A stretch of 64,000 bases of DNA from Octopus bimaculoides (taxonomy: Eukaryota). The position numbers and the translations under genes were made by a program. Below the pieces are notes generated by a model. The model did no database searches. It saw only the letters and a list, made by a program, of their open reading frames with translations, and had not been told where the DNA came from. Below, piece by piece: positions 39,027-52,228 of the stretch (position 1 is its first letter; each line of letters begins with the position of its first letter). Location of the stretch: assembly GCF_001194135.2 (NCBI RefSeq), contig NC_069006.1:22964976-23028975 (forward strand). Direction: 5' to 3'.

Positions 39027-40108
39027 ATGTATATTTTTTTAATTGTGTGTTGTTTTCTTAACTCAGTTTGATACCAATCTACTTAAGATTGCATTTGGTT
39101 CTATAATACAGACTATCTCATTTAGAAATGTTCATATTGTAATTAATTTACCCCAAATCATAGAGTTATTTTTTTTTTTAATTTAATTACTTTTATTTTA
39201 CATTATGGATTTTGTGAAGAATAGCCTTATTGGCACAGGATGGTTTTCAGTGTGACCCCATTGACTCATTGCATTTGTAATGCAAAGAAAGACAAGCATA
39301 CTCATGTTTGTCTAACTCTGGCTGAACAAATACCATAAAGAATTTTTGTTTAAAAGACCCAGTTTATAAATTTCTTTTTTTTACTGACCAATATATATAT
39401 ATTGGCAGGAGATACAAAAATGTGATGGGTATCTACATAGTTTCTGTTTACCCATTCTCAAGATATTCATCAGCTTGAGTCTATGGTAGAAGATAACTAA
39501 GTTGCTGTGTGGTAGCCTTGAACATGGAACTCTGTGGTTGAAAATTGCACTAGTTTATTACACAGCCAAGCCTGCACCCTTTAACCACACAGGCTTCAGG
39601 AACCTTCTGTAAAGTTATGTTCCAAATAGTTTAACAATAAAAGTTAATAGTTTTACTTTATCCCTTCAAATTCTCAATTATTTTAACAAGCTGATTAAAA
39701 CACATTTTAAATTTCAATAGAAACATAGTCAAAGATAGATTAACACAATCTCCCTCTACCCTATCCTATTAAAACTTAATTAATTTTACTAGCATTGTAT
39801 TTTTTTTTTTACCCTTTTCATGCTAGCCTACTTGAGACTGCCCTTATTTCTATGATACAAAACCTGTTTTCAAGTGTTCATATTTAAATTGAAACCTCCC
39901 ATCACAGTTCTAAGAAAAAAAAATTTAGTTCTGCTCCAAACATTAGCTTTAATGGAAAAGTTATTTTACTAAATCCCTTGAAACTTTTATTTTCAAAATT
40001 AATTGAAACACATAAGTAGAATTTTTAAATATACGATAATAAAATGATTCGTTCTTTTTAAACTATTCCCCGCATCACTATTATTTCTATAAATCTTTAT
40101 TCTTCCAG

Positions 40109-40216
40109 GATGTGGTGAGGGACAGTTTTCATGCAGAAATGGACAGTGCATTGTAGAATCTTTAGTTTGCAATGGAAGACGTGACTGTTCTGATGGATCT
40201 GATGAATACAACTGCA
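40109..40216 (+). CDS. HSPG2: Exon: LDLa repeat 11 (recent duplicate, copy 1)
   Basis: cttccag|GA...TGCA|gtaagt; [35 protein letters not shown]; 108 nt. Confidence 0.92.
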
Positions 40217-41175
40217 GTAAGTTATCTCTATATATTATGGTTTTATTTCTTCTTGAACATCCACATTGGAATTCCTTCTTACCCAGAGATTAGGTATCTG
40301 ATGATACAGAGATTAGGTCTGTTATGTTTATGATAGAGAGATAGTCCTTTGAATGACATTGATTTATGTTAGAGTGACAGGCTTTTGAATAACACAGATT
40401 TATGTTACAGATAATCTCATGAATAATAAATTTATGATGCAGAAATAGTCCTTTGAATATAACAAATTTATGTTATAGAGAAAGTGTTTTGAATGGATAG
40501 AAGTTATTCAGTATTGCACACTCCATAAAGCAGGAGTGATTAAAAACAAACTTTTATATATATTGTAAATAAGGTGTAGTAGACGTAAAATTGCAAATTG
40601 GATGTGGTACAAGAATACCTGACAAAATCTACTACTGGTATTCTGAAGTATATTTGAACATTACATTTAATATTATGTCTCAGTTCAATAGCTGTTAGGA
40701 ATAGGTACTATTTGAAAATCACACCTGCATTCTGTCTAGTAGGGGATTGGCATCCTATCTTCTAGTGGACTTGTCTTTCTTTCAATAAGTGCCTAAAAGA
40801 GAGTCAAACACTGTGTTTTTTAATTAAACAGTGCCAATAGAGTATTAAATTTACTAGCATTGTATTTTTTTTTTTTTACCCTTTTCATGTTAGCCTACTT
40901 GAGACTGCCCTTATTTCTATGATACAAAACCTGTTTTCAAGTGTTCATATTTAGATTGAAACCTTCCATCACAGTTCTAAGAAAAAAAAATTTAGTTCTG
41001 CTCCAAACATTAGCTTTAATGGAAAAATTATTTTACTAAATCCCTTGAAACTTTTATTTTCAAAATTAATTGAAACACATAAATAGAATTTTTAAATATA
41101 CAATAATAAAATGATTTGTTCTTTTTAAACTATTCCCCGCATCACTATTATTTCTATAAATCTTTATTCTTCCAG

Positions 41176-41283
41176 GGTGTAATGAGGGAGAGTTTACATG
41201 CAGAAATGGACAGTGCATTGCAGAATCTTATGCTTGCAATGGAAGACGTGACTGTTCTGATGGATCTGATGAATACAACTGCA
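41176..41283 (+). CDS. HSPG2: Exon: LDLa repeat 12 (recent duplicate, copy 2)
   Basis: cttccag|GG...TGCA|gtaagt; [35 protein letters not shown]; 108 nt. Confidence 0.9.
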
Positions 41284-42349
41284 GTAAGTTATCTCTATAT
41301 ATTATGGTTTTATTTCCTCTTGGCACTATGAGCAAATCATTTAGTTTCTTGAATGATTCTGCTCCACTTTTTATTCTGAAACACTCTGTTTGTTTTATTT
41401 CTTTCCACCCTAACATGAAAATTGATCACTGATATATGAATACATTTTCTTCTTTCTCTCTCTTGATTGGATATTATTGCTCTTATATCATTTTTGGTGA
41501 CATTTGGCATTTCTTCCCCATTCATGGGACTCCCATGCCGCCCATGAGGGAACCTCTACTTAGTTGTTTTTATGTAGCTGTTTTTACAAGGTCACCTCTC
41601 ATGCTAAAAATAGCAGTCAGATCTCATTCAAATTACACCCTATTGGCTTCAAAAAGGACATGCTGAATAAGCAACAATGATATGTAAAAATGGTTTAAAA
41701 TTACTGTTGTTGTTGCTTAGTAGCTCCTGCCCCAGCCAGCTCTGTTTGCATTTGACCAATGCTAGAACAGACATAACTGATAAACTTCAGCATTTAATTT
41801 AGTGTTTCTAACTGTGATATCCTGTCTTTCTTGTGGCTGGAGAGCATGGTATCCTTAGATATATGAAGTTGTATGAGTAATATTAATTTGATTTGATTTT
41901 GACTACTATGGCCAACAACTCTGGATAGATTTCAATATTGTTAGACCTGCTCAGCTTTCTTCATACTTGCCAAATTAGTGATAAAACAGAGTCACTAAAT
42001 GAGTAGATATAAGACAATATATCATTAAGGCTTATATAAGGTGGCAAGCTTACAGAATCATTACTGTGCCAAACAAAATGCTTGGTGGCATTTCTTGCAG
42101 TTCTTTATGTTCTGAGTTCAAATGTCACCAAGGTCAGTTTTGCCTTTCATCCTTTTTTGGGGTCTGCAAAATAAAGTACCTGTTGAGTGCTGGGGTCAAT
42201 GTAATGTTGATGTAATCAACTGATCCCCCCCTCCCTTCAAAATTGATGGCTTTGCACCAAAATTAGAAAGAAAGAATGTTTAAGGCTGAAACAATTACAC
42301 CAGAAACCTTACACTGCTTGTCATGATTATGTTTGCGCACATTTTTTTT

Positions 42350-42836
42350 ATCTTTCTTGATCACATTTCACGAGGCTCATTATTTAATTATATTTCACTG
42401 TTTTGTTACATAATTTCAATTCACAATGTTTTGTTATTTAGTTACACTTCTCAATGTTCTGTTACTTAATTACACCTCACAATGTTTCATTACTTAATTA
42501 CATCTCACATTGTTCTGTTTTTAATCACATTTCACAATGTTCTGTTATGTATTTACACCTCACAATATTCCATTACTTAATTACATCTCACAATGTTTCT
42601 GTTACTTAATTACACCTCACAATGTTTCATTACTTAATTACATCTCACAATGTTTCATTACTTAATTACATCTCACAATGTTTCCATTACTTAATTACAT
42701 CTCACAATGTTTCTGTTACTTAATTACACCTCACAATGTTTCTGTTACTTAATTACATCTCACAATGTTTCTGTTACTAATTAATGTTTCATCACAATGT
42801 CCTTGTACTTAATCACTTCTCGATATTTTCTGTTTC
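42350..42836 (+). repeat. Minisatellite, 28-29-bp unit, about 17 copies
   Basis: TTACTTAATTACA(C/T)CTCACAATGTTTC(A/TG); homogeneous at 42570-42780, decayed at both edges. Confidence 0.93.
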
Positions 42837-45059
42837 ATAACCACATCTCGCTCCTTCTGTTACTTCAAACACTCTTTGCTGTTAGTTATATTCACTGGGG
42901 CATACACTCACAGTGTGCTAGGAATGCCCTCCTAACACACACACACACACACACTAATGCCATAGAGAAAAGAAAAACAATGCTATAAGCTCTATTTTTC
43001 TAGAATATATTTGTCTTCAGTATTTTACAAATTATTAGTAAACGTTTGAAGCCAAGTTTCTAAGTTTACAGCTTATCTAACCTGTTACTGATCACCAGTG
43101 TCACATAGAATAGTTTCTGAATGAGTAGTCACCTAACCTGATCGAAATAACAATCAAATCTCTTTTATATTATACCTTAACATTTAAAAAAGAAAAAAAA
43201 AAGGAAGAACACACTGGATATACACTCAGTCTGAAATACAAAAGATCGGATGATTATGGCTGGAATGTCTTTCATCATAGATCAACTCAACCAAGGATGA
43301 TCTGAGACTAAACAATACTACAATATAAAGCCTAACAGTTTAAAGGCAGCATACAATTAGTCATAGTGAGTATTGTTGAAATGTCATAGTTGAGTGGATT
43401 TGGCATTGAATTATCTGCTGATAAGTTGACAGTTCAAACCCACTGCAGGTGTTTCATGGTGTTTCAGACTGAAAACATCTACTGTGCCTCCGCTGTTGGC
43501 AATGTGTACCTGATTATTTGGGGTTATAACCTGCACTACATTAGTAGGTTCTATTCAGGTGGAGATTACTCGTTCATCAGCTGACAGTTTTAAAAGTGTT
43601 TCAAGGCTAAGATATAGCTGGAGTTTAAAAAATAGAGAGAGAGTTTGTAAATATCTACCCACTTCCCAATTAAAAAAAAAAAAAAATCATCGAATCTCTA
43701 ATCATTGAATCTTGAGCAATTTTTAACTTTCACATTTTTATCTTTTTATCCATTTTTTCTTGTCATTCATTTTCTCTAACCTTTCACATTTTCCTCTATT
43801 TTTCTTAATCTTCTATCTCTTAATTTGCATCTACTAAATTTGCATCACAGTTACTTTGGACATTAACATGAAGATATTTATTTTCTTCTATCTTAAATTG
43901 GAGATTTTTTTTCTCCTTCTCTCTTTCTCCCTTGTCANNNNNNNNNNNNNNNNNNNNNNNNNNNNNNNNNNNNNNNNNNNNNNNNNNNNNNNNNNNNNNN
44001 NNNNNNNNNNNNNNNNNNNNNNNNNNNNNNNNNNNNNNNNNNNNNNNNNNNNNNNNNNNNNNNNNNNNNNNNNNNNNNNNNNNNNNNNNNNNNNNNNNNN
44101 NNNNNNNNNNNNNNNNNNNNNNNNNNNNNNNNNNNNNNNNNNNNNNNNNNNNNNNNNNNNNNNNNNNNNNNNNNNNNNNNNNNNNNNNNNNNNNNNNNNN
44201 NNNNNNNNNNNNNNNNNNNNNNNNNNNNNNNNNNNNNNNNNNNNNNNNNNNNNNNNNNNNNNNNNNNNNNNNNNNNNNNNNNNNNNNNNNNNNNNNNNNN
44301 NNNNNNNNNNNNNNNNNNNNNNNNNNNNNNNNNNNNNNNNNNNNNNNNNNNNNNNNNNNNNNNNNNNNNNNNNNNNNNNNNNNNNNNNNNNNNNNACTCG
44401 ACATTTTATATAATATATAATAGAAATCTAAAATTCATTTTTCCTGTTATTGTCATTTTCTGCACTGTGGTTCATAGATTAAAATTTGGTTGATAGAAGT
44501 GAAAAAGCTATGTACAAGATATAAAATTCATAACTGAAATGGCAATAAATTAAAACACTTTTAATGTTAATTCATTACCATTCAATATATGATACTAGGC
44601 ACTTGTATAATATGGAATGTTAAGTGTATATTAAATTGGTTTCAGCTGTTTTCTAATTATCCATTCATTCAGGATGTATGCATTTGGCATTAAAGTAAAG
44701 GTCATTTGATACCTTGTTATCTCAGGTTCAATTCTTGACAGGACAGTTTAAGTTTTCCACTTTTATTTGGAGGTCAGTCAATAAAACATGTTAAGTAGTT
44801 GATTTTGTTTCATCAATTTTTTTTTTTTTTTTTTTTTTGATAAATACACTGTATTTTGTGAAGAATAGCATTGTTGTATTATAGGTTTAAGAGGGCAATC
44901 ACTGGTTCTCAGCATTTCTGATACTGAGGGTAGCAAGAAGTGCGAGTGTGTGTGTACAATTCAGGTGGAATAAATACTTGAAGTGTTTTTGTTGAAACAT
45001 CAGTTTATCAAAACTTTTCCTGCTGATGTATATATCTTTCACCAGCAGACACAATTACA

Positions 45060-45195
45060 CATATGATGGGCTTCTGTACAATTTCTCTTCGCCAGTTTTC
45101 ACAGGCATTAGCCAACTTGAATCTATGGTAGATGACATTTGCCCAAGGTGTCACACTGTGCAGCAGATCCCAGAACCATATGTTAGCAAGCAAAA
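45060..45195 (-). mobile_element. Diverged antisense SINE fragment
   Basis: GACATTTGCCCAAGGTGTCACAC...CCCAGAACCATATG matches the reverse complement of the SINE head. Confidence 0.7.
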
Positions 45196-45976
45196 CTCCT
45201 GAATCCCTAAACCATACCTGCATCCACACTTGGAGTTGATACAACTGACAATGATATGTTGCCCAACACAAGATTAAATTTGCACCTATCTAAAGAGAAA
45301 TTGTAATTCTGTAGTAGAAGTGGTGCTAAAATTTAAACCAATTATTACTTTATATCTCATAGACAACAGATTACAAATTTGGATTTTTCTAAACTGTTTG
45401 TCTCGTGTATTGTGGTTTTTGTTTTTGTAACATGTTTTGAATGCAAGATCTTTTGTTGTCATTCTGAGAATAGAAAATTGACTAAAACAGACAAATACGT
45501 CTAATAGAATATTGCTGTTTCGATTTGTTTTCAAGTTTAAATTTAATCATGGTCTTTAGCAATAATCAATCAACTGCACTCCATCTCCTATATAGAGTGG
45601 TCATGGGTGAAGTCAAATGACAATTATTGCATGTACTATAAAAAGTTAGTAGTAGCAGTAGTTGCAGTAGCAGCACCAGCAGTGGTTGTAGTAGTAGCAG
45701 TAGTAACAACAGTAGTTGTTACTGTTGTAGTTTGTAAAAGATGAAAGCATTTAGATTGCTTAGATTGCTATTACCAACTTCAATGCCAGTTATGATATAT
45801 ATCAAAAGTGTCATTGTTTTTTTTTACTCTGCTTTTTCTAATTTTTAATGCAAAATCTTGAACTGATAAGATACTATCAAGTGAGTGTATGTGTGTGTGA
45901 GAGAGAAAGAAAGAATGTTATATGTGTGTATTTTTTTTAATGTTTGATAGTTTTTACTTATAAGTATACATCTGCA

Positions 45977-46019
<43 letters not shown>

Positions 46020-47567
46020 TCAGTATGTAAAAATATATTTGGTTTTTATGGCAAATTTTTATGCTTAAAATACTTCTAGTTTTGCTTAATAATAATAATA
46101 ATAATGATAATGATAAACAAATTAAAAATAATAAAGCCTTATAGTTAGTGCACTTTGCACAGGCTACGCATAAATGCAGTCAGTTGTGCAGTGAAGGCAC
46201 CATGGCCAAGTGTCTTCTGCCATAGCTTCACATATTAACCAAAGTTTTGTGAATGATATTTGGTCAACAGAATTTTTGTGGAAGTTCATCAGAGGGATCA
46301 TTCCTATTTTTGGTAGTAAGCTAATTCTCCTTCAGAGAGACTTAGAAATATTAATATTTATGTGTATATATATATATCAAAGAGCTAAACAATAAAACTG
46401 ATCAAAATGTTGTTTAGATGTAAATATTAACCCTTTAGCACTTAAATCGTCCACATCCAACTGAAATATTTCACTTGTTTTATGACTAAGCTGGCCAGAT
46501 CCAGCCTTTCACACCTATTCGGTAATATCATTTTAAAAAAGAACAACCACATTATTGAAATCTCAAAACCACTAGATAATGGATGATTTATTCAAAATGA
46601 TGTGGTTGGATAAGCATTATATTTGTCAGAGTAATCTGAATGCTGGAGGGTTGAAAAATATTTCAACTCCAAAGATAAGGTTAATTAGCAAAATTAAAAT
46701 TGTGTTAACAATAACTAATCTCAGATATTAAGTCCAAGAAAATTTGTTCTGAAATGTATATTTGAAACTGTTAGTGGCCTTATGCGTGCAATAGATTATG
46801 CATGGTTTTATGTTGCTGTCTTAGTTGACTTTGTCCTTAGTAATTCTGTATAAGGTCTTGTAGTTTGTTCTGTGAAATAATTGTGAGGTTAAAACCACTA
46901 AAGCAAATATATCAACCTGACAAGTGAAATGTCATGATTTGAACCTAATCGAGTCTTGTCAGCTTTATTGTACACAACATCGCATGTTCTCTTTGATCAA
47001 TTTGTATATAATCTATGAATATCATATTTTTATCAACTACTTTTATTGATTTCATGAAAAGAATGTGAGTATAAATATGCAATACTCTTTACAGTTGATG
47101 AGTTAATTTTGTACAAAATTATATATAGTGTTGGAATTTTCCATAGACCACATATTGTTGGCCAAAAAATTGGGAATTTTCCATAGACCCCGTATAAAAG
47201 TCAACCCTAGTATTTCCTGAACAACAAGACAACATTTGTGAGTCAAGGTACCATAAAATTTCGGCTGTTTTCATTATGCTAGTGCTTGCCATACGAGCAC
47301 CAACAATTTGACCTCTTTGATAGATCTGTCATTTTAATTACCTTTTTCTGATATCTGAAAAGAAACAGCAATTTTAGCAAAACATATTAAGCAACACTAA
47401 CGATAAATCAAAAACATAAAAATAAACAAGCTTTTGACAGTTTTATAGATATTTCAAAATTATGATGTTATGATGCTAGGTGTTTCCATTATTTTATCCA
47501 ACCCCTGTATATATATATATATATGTGTGTGTGAGAAAGTTGGTATGTGAAAGCACGTGGTTGGATG

Positions 47568-47864
47568 TATAAAAGATAATAAGAGTGAAAAAACTACAGA
47601 AGGCTTGTGTTACATGGTTAAAGTATATATTTAAATTATGTCAGAAAAATGTTATAAAAATGTTATAAAATCTTTTTGGTATATAAACATTGTATTTTGA
47701 GAAATAACCGGTTTCGTGTTGTCTTTTCAAATTTCTCTACTTCATTGTAACGTGAACGAACACGTTACAAGATTTTATAACATTTTTCTAACATTTTTCT
47801 GACATAATTTAAATATATACTTTAACCATGTAACACAAGCCTTCTGTAGTTTTTTCACTCTTAT

Positions 47865-47875
<11 letters not shown>
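47568..47875. mobile_element. MITE / foldback element with 107-bp terminal inverted repeats
   Basis: 47568-47674 and 47769-47875 are reverse complements with 1 mismatch; ends in TA next to (TA)n; internal 10-bp hairpin at 47745-47770. Confidence 0.88.
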
Positions 47876-47927
<52 letters not shown>

Positions 47928-48075
47928 TGTATGTATGTATACACACATATGTATATATTTGTGTAAGATATATTTATGTATTTGGTTCCATTGTTACAAA
48001 AATAATAAAACTTGGATTTTAAATATGATTTGTATGATAAGGTTCTTAATGTTTCTTTTTTTTTTTCCTTTGTAG

Positions 48076-48192
48076 AGTTTTCAACTTGTTCTCCTGATCA
48101 GTTCACCTGCTCTAATGGTGAGTGTATATCATTAGCTAGCCGATGCAACCGTCAATACGATTGCCGTGATGGAAGTGATGAACTCAACTGCA
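48076..48192 (+). CDS. HSPG2: Exon: LDLa repeat 13
   Basis: tttgtag|AG...TGCA|gtaagt; [38 protein letters not shown]; 117 nt. Confidence 0.93.
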
Positions 48193-48610
48193 GTAAGTGT
48201 AAACACTCTTACAACATATCTTTCTTGCCTTTCTCCCTCATCTCTCTCTCTCTCTCTCTCTGTTAGCCTTTCTCTCTGACTCTTTTATCACTGATATTTT
48301 ATTTATTTGCTTGTTATTGTTGTCATTGCCTTCATTATTCCTGTCATCATCATCATCATTGAAAAAAATCTCAGGTCCAGTGCTATGGACACATAATCCT
48401 TGACTTGTCTAAGAAACAGTAGCACCAAATAAAAACTAACTTAGACCGTGGTGACTAACAGCTGATGATGGAAGTATGTTGGATTGTTGGTATAACTGTT
48501 TTTGTATATGTGGAATTGTGTTATAACACATCCTTTTGATAGATTGTGGTGATTTTTCCAATTCATGTCAGCATCAAAAAGCAAGTGTAAAATGATGATG
48601 GTGTTGGTGA

Positions 48611-48660
<50 letters not shown>

Positions 48661-48922
48661 TATAACCCCAAGTTTTGCAGTTTCCATTCACTACATTTCA
48701 TATTATAAGATATTGGTGTATTCTATGATGACATTCAAGGTAATCAATTTCATAAACATGTATTTCCAGAGCAAATCCCTCTACTATCCTCTACTATCAT
48801 ATTTTTGTGCTGCTAATTTTTTATGGGAAAACTCCTGAGTATTGCATTAAATTAGTTATGAATGTTTAGCTTTGCATTAAAATGAGATACCATTACTTAT
48901 TAAATTGATTCAAAATTTACAG

Positions 48923-49039
48923 CTACTACAAGGTGTTCATCAAACCAATTCCGTTGTCATGATGGGAGTTGTATTCCTGCTGAAAGACGCTGTGACCGAC
49001 GCTATGATTGCCGTGATCGAAGTGATGAAAGGGGCTGTG
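48923..49039 (+). CDS. HSPG2: Exon: LDLa repeat 14
   Basis: tttacag|CT...TGTG|gtttgt; [38 protein letters not shown]; 117 nt; weak donor. Confidence 0.9.
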
Positions 49040-50255
49040 GTTTGTATTCATTTTTTTTTATATTGTTTCTCTTTTCTTATTATACAGATCTGGATTGCAT
49101 AAGATAGTTCAGTATGTTGACATCTCTCAGTCACAATGTCTTCTTCATATTCCAACTGAAAACAAAGGCATAACATTTCTGTAGTTTTAATTTACAAGTC
49201 CTAACTGCAGCTGAGGAAAGTCTTGGAAGAAATTAAAAAATATGGATCTCTTTCATGGACAATTCTACAAAAGTATGATGTATGAAATTGACCCCACCAC
49301 CTGACAAGTACTTTGCTTTAATAGTGATTTCTTACATCGGCAGAAGGCCAGAAATTTGTATTAGGAGGGATTAGTCAGTTATATTGGTGCCGTTACATTT
49401 TTGGCTAGTACTTTATTTTATTGACCCTAAAACATTTGATTTTAGTTGGACTTGAACTTAGAACATAAAGAGCTAGAGCAAATACCACAAGACATTTTAT
49501 CCCCACACTGCCAGTTACTCTACCTAATAATAATAATAATAACAATAGGCCACAAATTTGAGACGACAGGCTAGTCAGTTGTACTGACCCTAGTACTTGG
49601 CATACTTAATTTTATTAACCCCAGCAGGAGGATTGGTAAAGTTGACCTCAGCAGGATTTGAGCATAAATAGGCAGAACAAATATTGCAAGACATTTTGTC
49701 TGACAGTGTAAGAGCTCTGCCAATAACAGAAACATATAAACTGTAGCAGGACTCATAGCATTGCACATGAGATGTGGGTTGGATCTGTCTGCTAGAAACA
49801 ATGCACATGCTATGCAAAACTCTTTCAGTTCAGTAACTCTACTCAAACTCACGACCCACAACACATACCTTTTATAATAACCATCCACTAAAATAACTCA
49901 ACACATACTCTACACAATCAAATACTTCCATATGACCAGTAGTAGGCAATATAACACCAACAACTCATACAACTTGTATTCTCCACAGCTGCAATCTGTT
50001 AATACTGCAGAAACCGCATCACATACTCTTCATAATCACCAACTGACACCAAAACCCTTGACATGAACCACACAGCACATATTCAACTCAAATAACACTT
50101 ATCGAAATCACTCGACTCATATTGCAAGTACTCTACATAATAATCAAAATATTAAAATATCAAGCTCAATTAAGAAATCAAACCTCATAACAAAGATGAA
50201 GTTGACACAGCATGCAAGCACAAGTTTACATCCTCAAAAAAAAGAAAAGACAATG

Positions 50256-50295
<40 letters not shown>

Positions 50296-50357
50296 GAACA
50301 TAGTTACCTTAGTACTGTAGTAAGAACTTGCATAAAACAGTTGCTGTTACTCATGAT

Positions 50358-50421
50358 GTAGTAGTAGTAGTAGTAGTAGTAGTAATAGTAGTAGTAGTAG
50401 TAGTAGTAGTTGTAGTAGTAG
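50358..50421. repeat. (TAG)n microsatellite
   Basis: Direct reading. Confidence 0.93.
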
Positions 50422-50605
50422 TTTAGACACATGACCAGCAATTTTGAAAGAAATGGAGTCTGTACTAGGCTGATATTTATTTAACAATCCTGGAAGGATG
50501 AAAGGCAAAGTTGACCTTGGCATGAGTTGAACTCTTTACACCTAAGTTCAAAATCCCATTGAGGTCAATTTTGGGGATCAATGAAGTGAAGTACCAGTCA
50601 AATAC

Positions 50606-50631
50606 TAGGGTTAGGGTTAGGGTTAGGGTTA
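50606..50631 (+). repeat. Interstitial telomeric repeat (TTAGGG), about 4 copies
   Basis: TAGGGTTAGGGTTAGGGTTAGGGTTA. Confidence 0.9.
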
Positions 50632-52228
50632 TGCATCTGTATTGAGACGTATATGAGTCTGTATGTAAAACTCACATGTCCACATGATGATGTGCTCTCC
50701 ATAATTTGTTCTTGTAATTTTGGTAAAAATCTCACCTGCCATATGGTTTCTGAAGCATTATGCACTATTTCTTTACTGCATATTAATTTCATGCACTTTT
50801 AACTACTTAATTTATATTGCAACTCTGATTATGTATTTTTGAATGTGCTTGCCTATTAAGCACTTTTTTTTTTTTAATTCAACAAAGATGTTGAAGATAA
50901 AAATAAACCATATTCTCAAAATATACTCGCAAAATTTTGATAAAATCTCACATGCAATTTGTTTGAAACACTATGCACCATTCTCATCATGTTAAGCAAT
51001 TTCATGCACCACTCACTCACTTAATGCACTCTCACCTCATTTAATGTTGCATCCCTGATGATTTAGCTTTAAGGGGTTAAAGACCAGACAAACTCCCCAC
51101 TGCATTCCATATTTAATTTGTCCTTTGTCCTTGCTATTTTACGGTGGGGAAGTTTGATTTGAAGGACATGTGGTTACTTTTTCCAGCAGGTCAAATAACT
51201 CTGTTGAAGATCCCTTCTTGATTCATTCAGAATCACTTGTTATATTGGAGAGATTTGTTTTTATATTGAATATTGAATATCCTCAGTCAGCTTTGTTTGT
51301 GTTAACCTATGGCATGCAAACAGCTGACAAAGTCCTGGCCAACACTTGATAAACTGATATAAACTGCATGACAAGTTGGTTCTATTTTGTATAATGGATT
51401 AGTCAGCGAAAGAAAAGCAGTACATGACACATTTAAGAGTCTTTTATGATTGGTGGAAGGAGTTTAATCCACTAAAGGCACCCAAAGGCTCGATGGTTGA
51501 AGAACTTTGTTACTTAACAAAAGTTGATATTCCTTTATTATCAGCAAAGTCTTTAAGTACCTTTGGACCAGTTTCTTCTAATGGACAAGTTGGTGCCAAC
51601 ATACTCAATGTAGTAAACCAAGAAATTTTAATTAATTAAGACTACTTCTGGTGGTCAGGAGAAAGAATTATTTACTTATTTACTTCTAATCAAGAAAGGC
51701 AAGGAGAACAACTGTGAAATGTTAATTAGTTAAAAATAGAATATTGTTAATGCAGTAGTTAGTGAGTTTGATCTTAGCATTACTGTGACACTCTGGATAT
51801 GTGTTGGTCTTGTTAAACCAAAGCATACCCAGATGTGTCACTGCACTGCTAAGAAAATGGTGATGTGGATGGCATATTGCACTGCTAGGCTTGGGAGTTT
51901 GGGTATGATATTAGTTGTTCAAAGCATTTCCGGATAGAACACTTTATTCTACATTAACTCATTTCATCAAATTATTGTGAATAGGCAGTAACTATCCTTG
52001 AGGAAAATTAACTGTTATGACCAAGAATCCTATTCACTGAGAGATTTGTGTCTTATTCACTTTAGACTAAAGAAATCAGAACAAAGTGCTGATCCTTGAT
52101 ACCATGAACATTTTCTATTTTAAAAAGAAAATAAGCTTTTTATTAATAGATTTGACCCTGAAGCCACTTTATAGCTGTTCTTTTGCTTTCTGCATAATAC
52201 AACAACTTTTGTTATGTTGTTCTTAAAG

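Larger units (their letters stand above)
39785..41322 (+). repeat. Recent direct duplication of a ~470-bp exon-containing segment
   Basis: 39785-40255 and 40850-41322 are near-identical; offset about 1065-1067 bp. Confidence 0.95.

Noticed and set aside
42350-42836. CRISPR-like regular repeats, also the 36-bp pair at 3737-3808
   Set aside because: Units are contiguous with no unique spacers, there are no cas genes, and the context is eukaryotic.
47131-47190. Duplicated GGAATTTTCCATAGACC, kappaB/NFAT-like
   Set aside because: Spacing does not fit the canonical kappaB 10-mer, and it sits in a probable transposon relic; a short duplication explains it.
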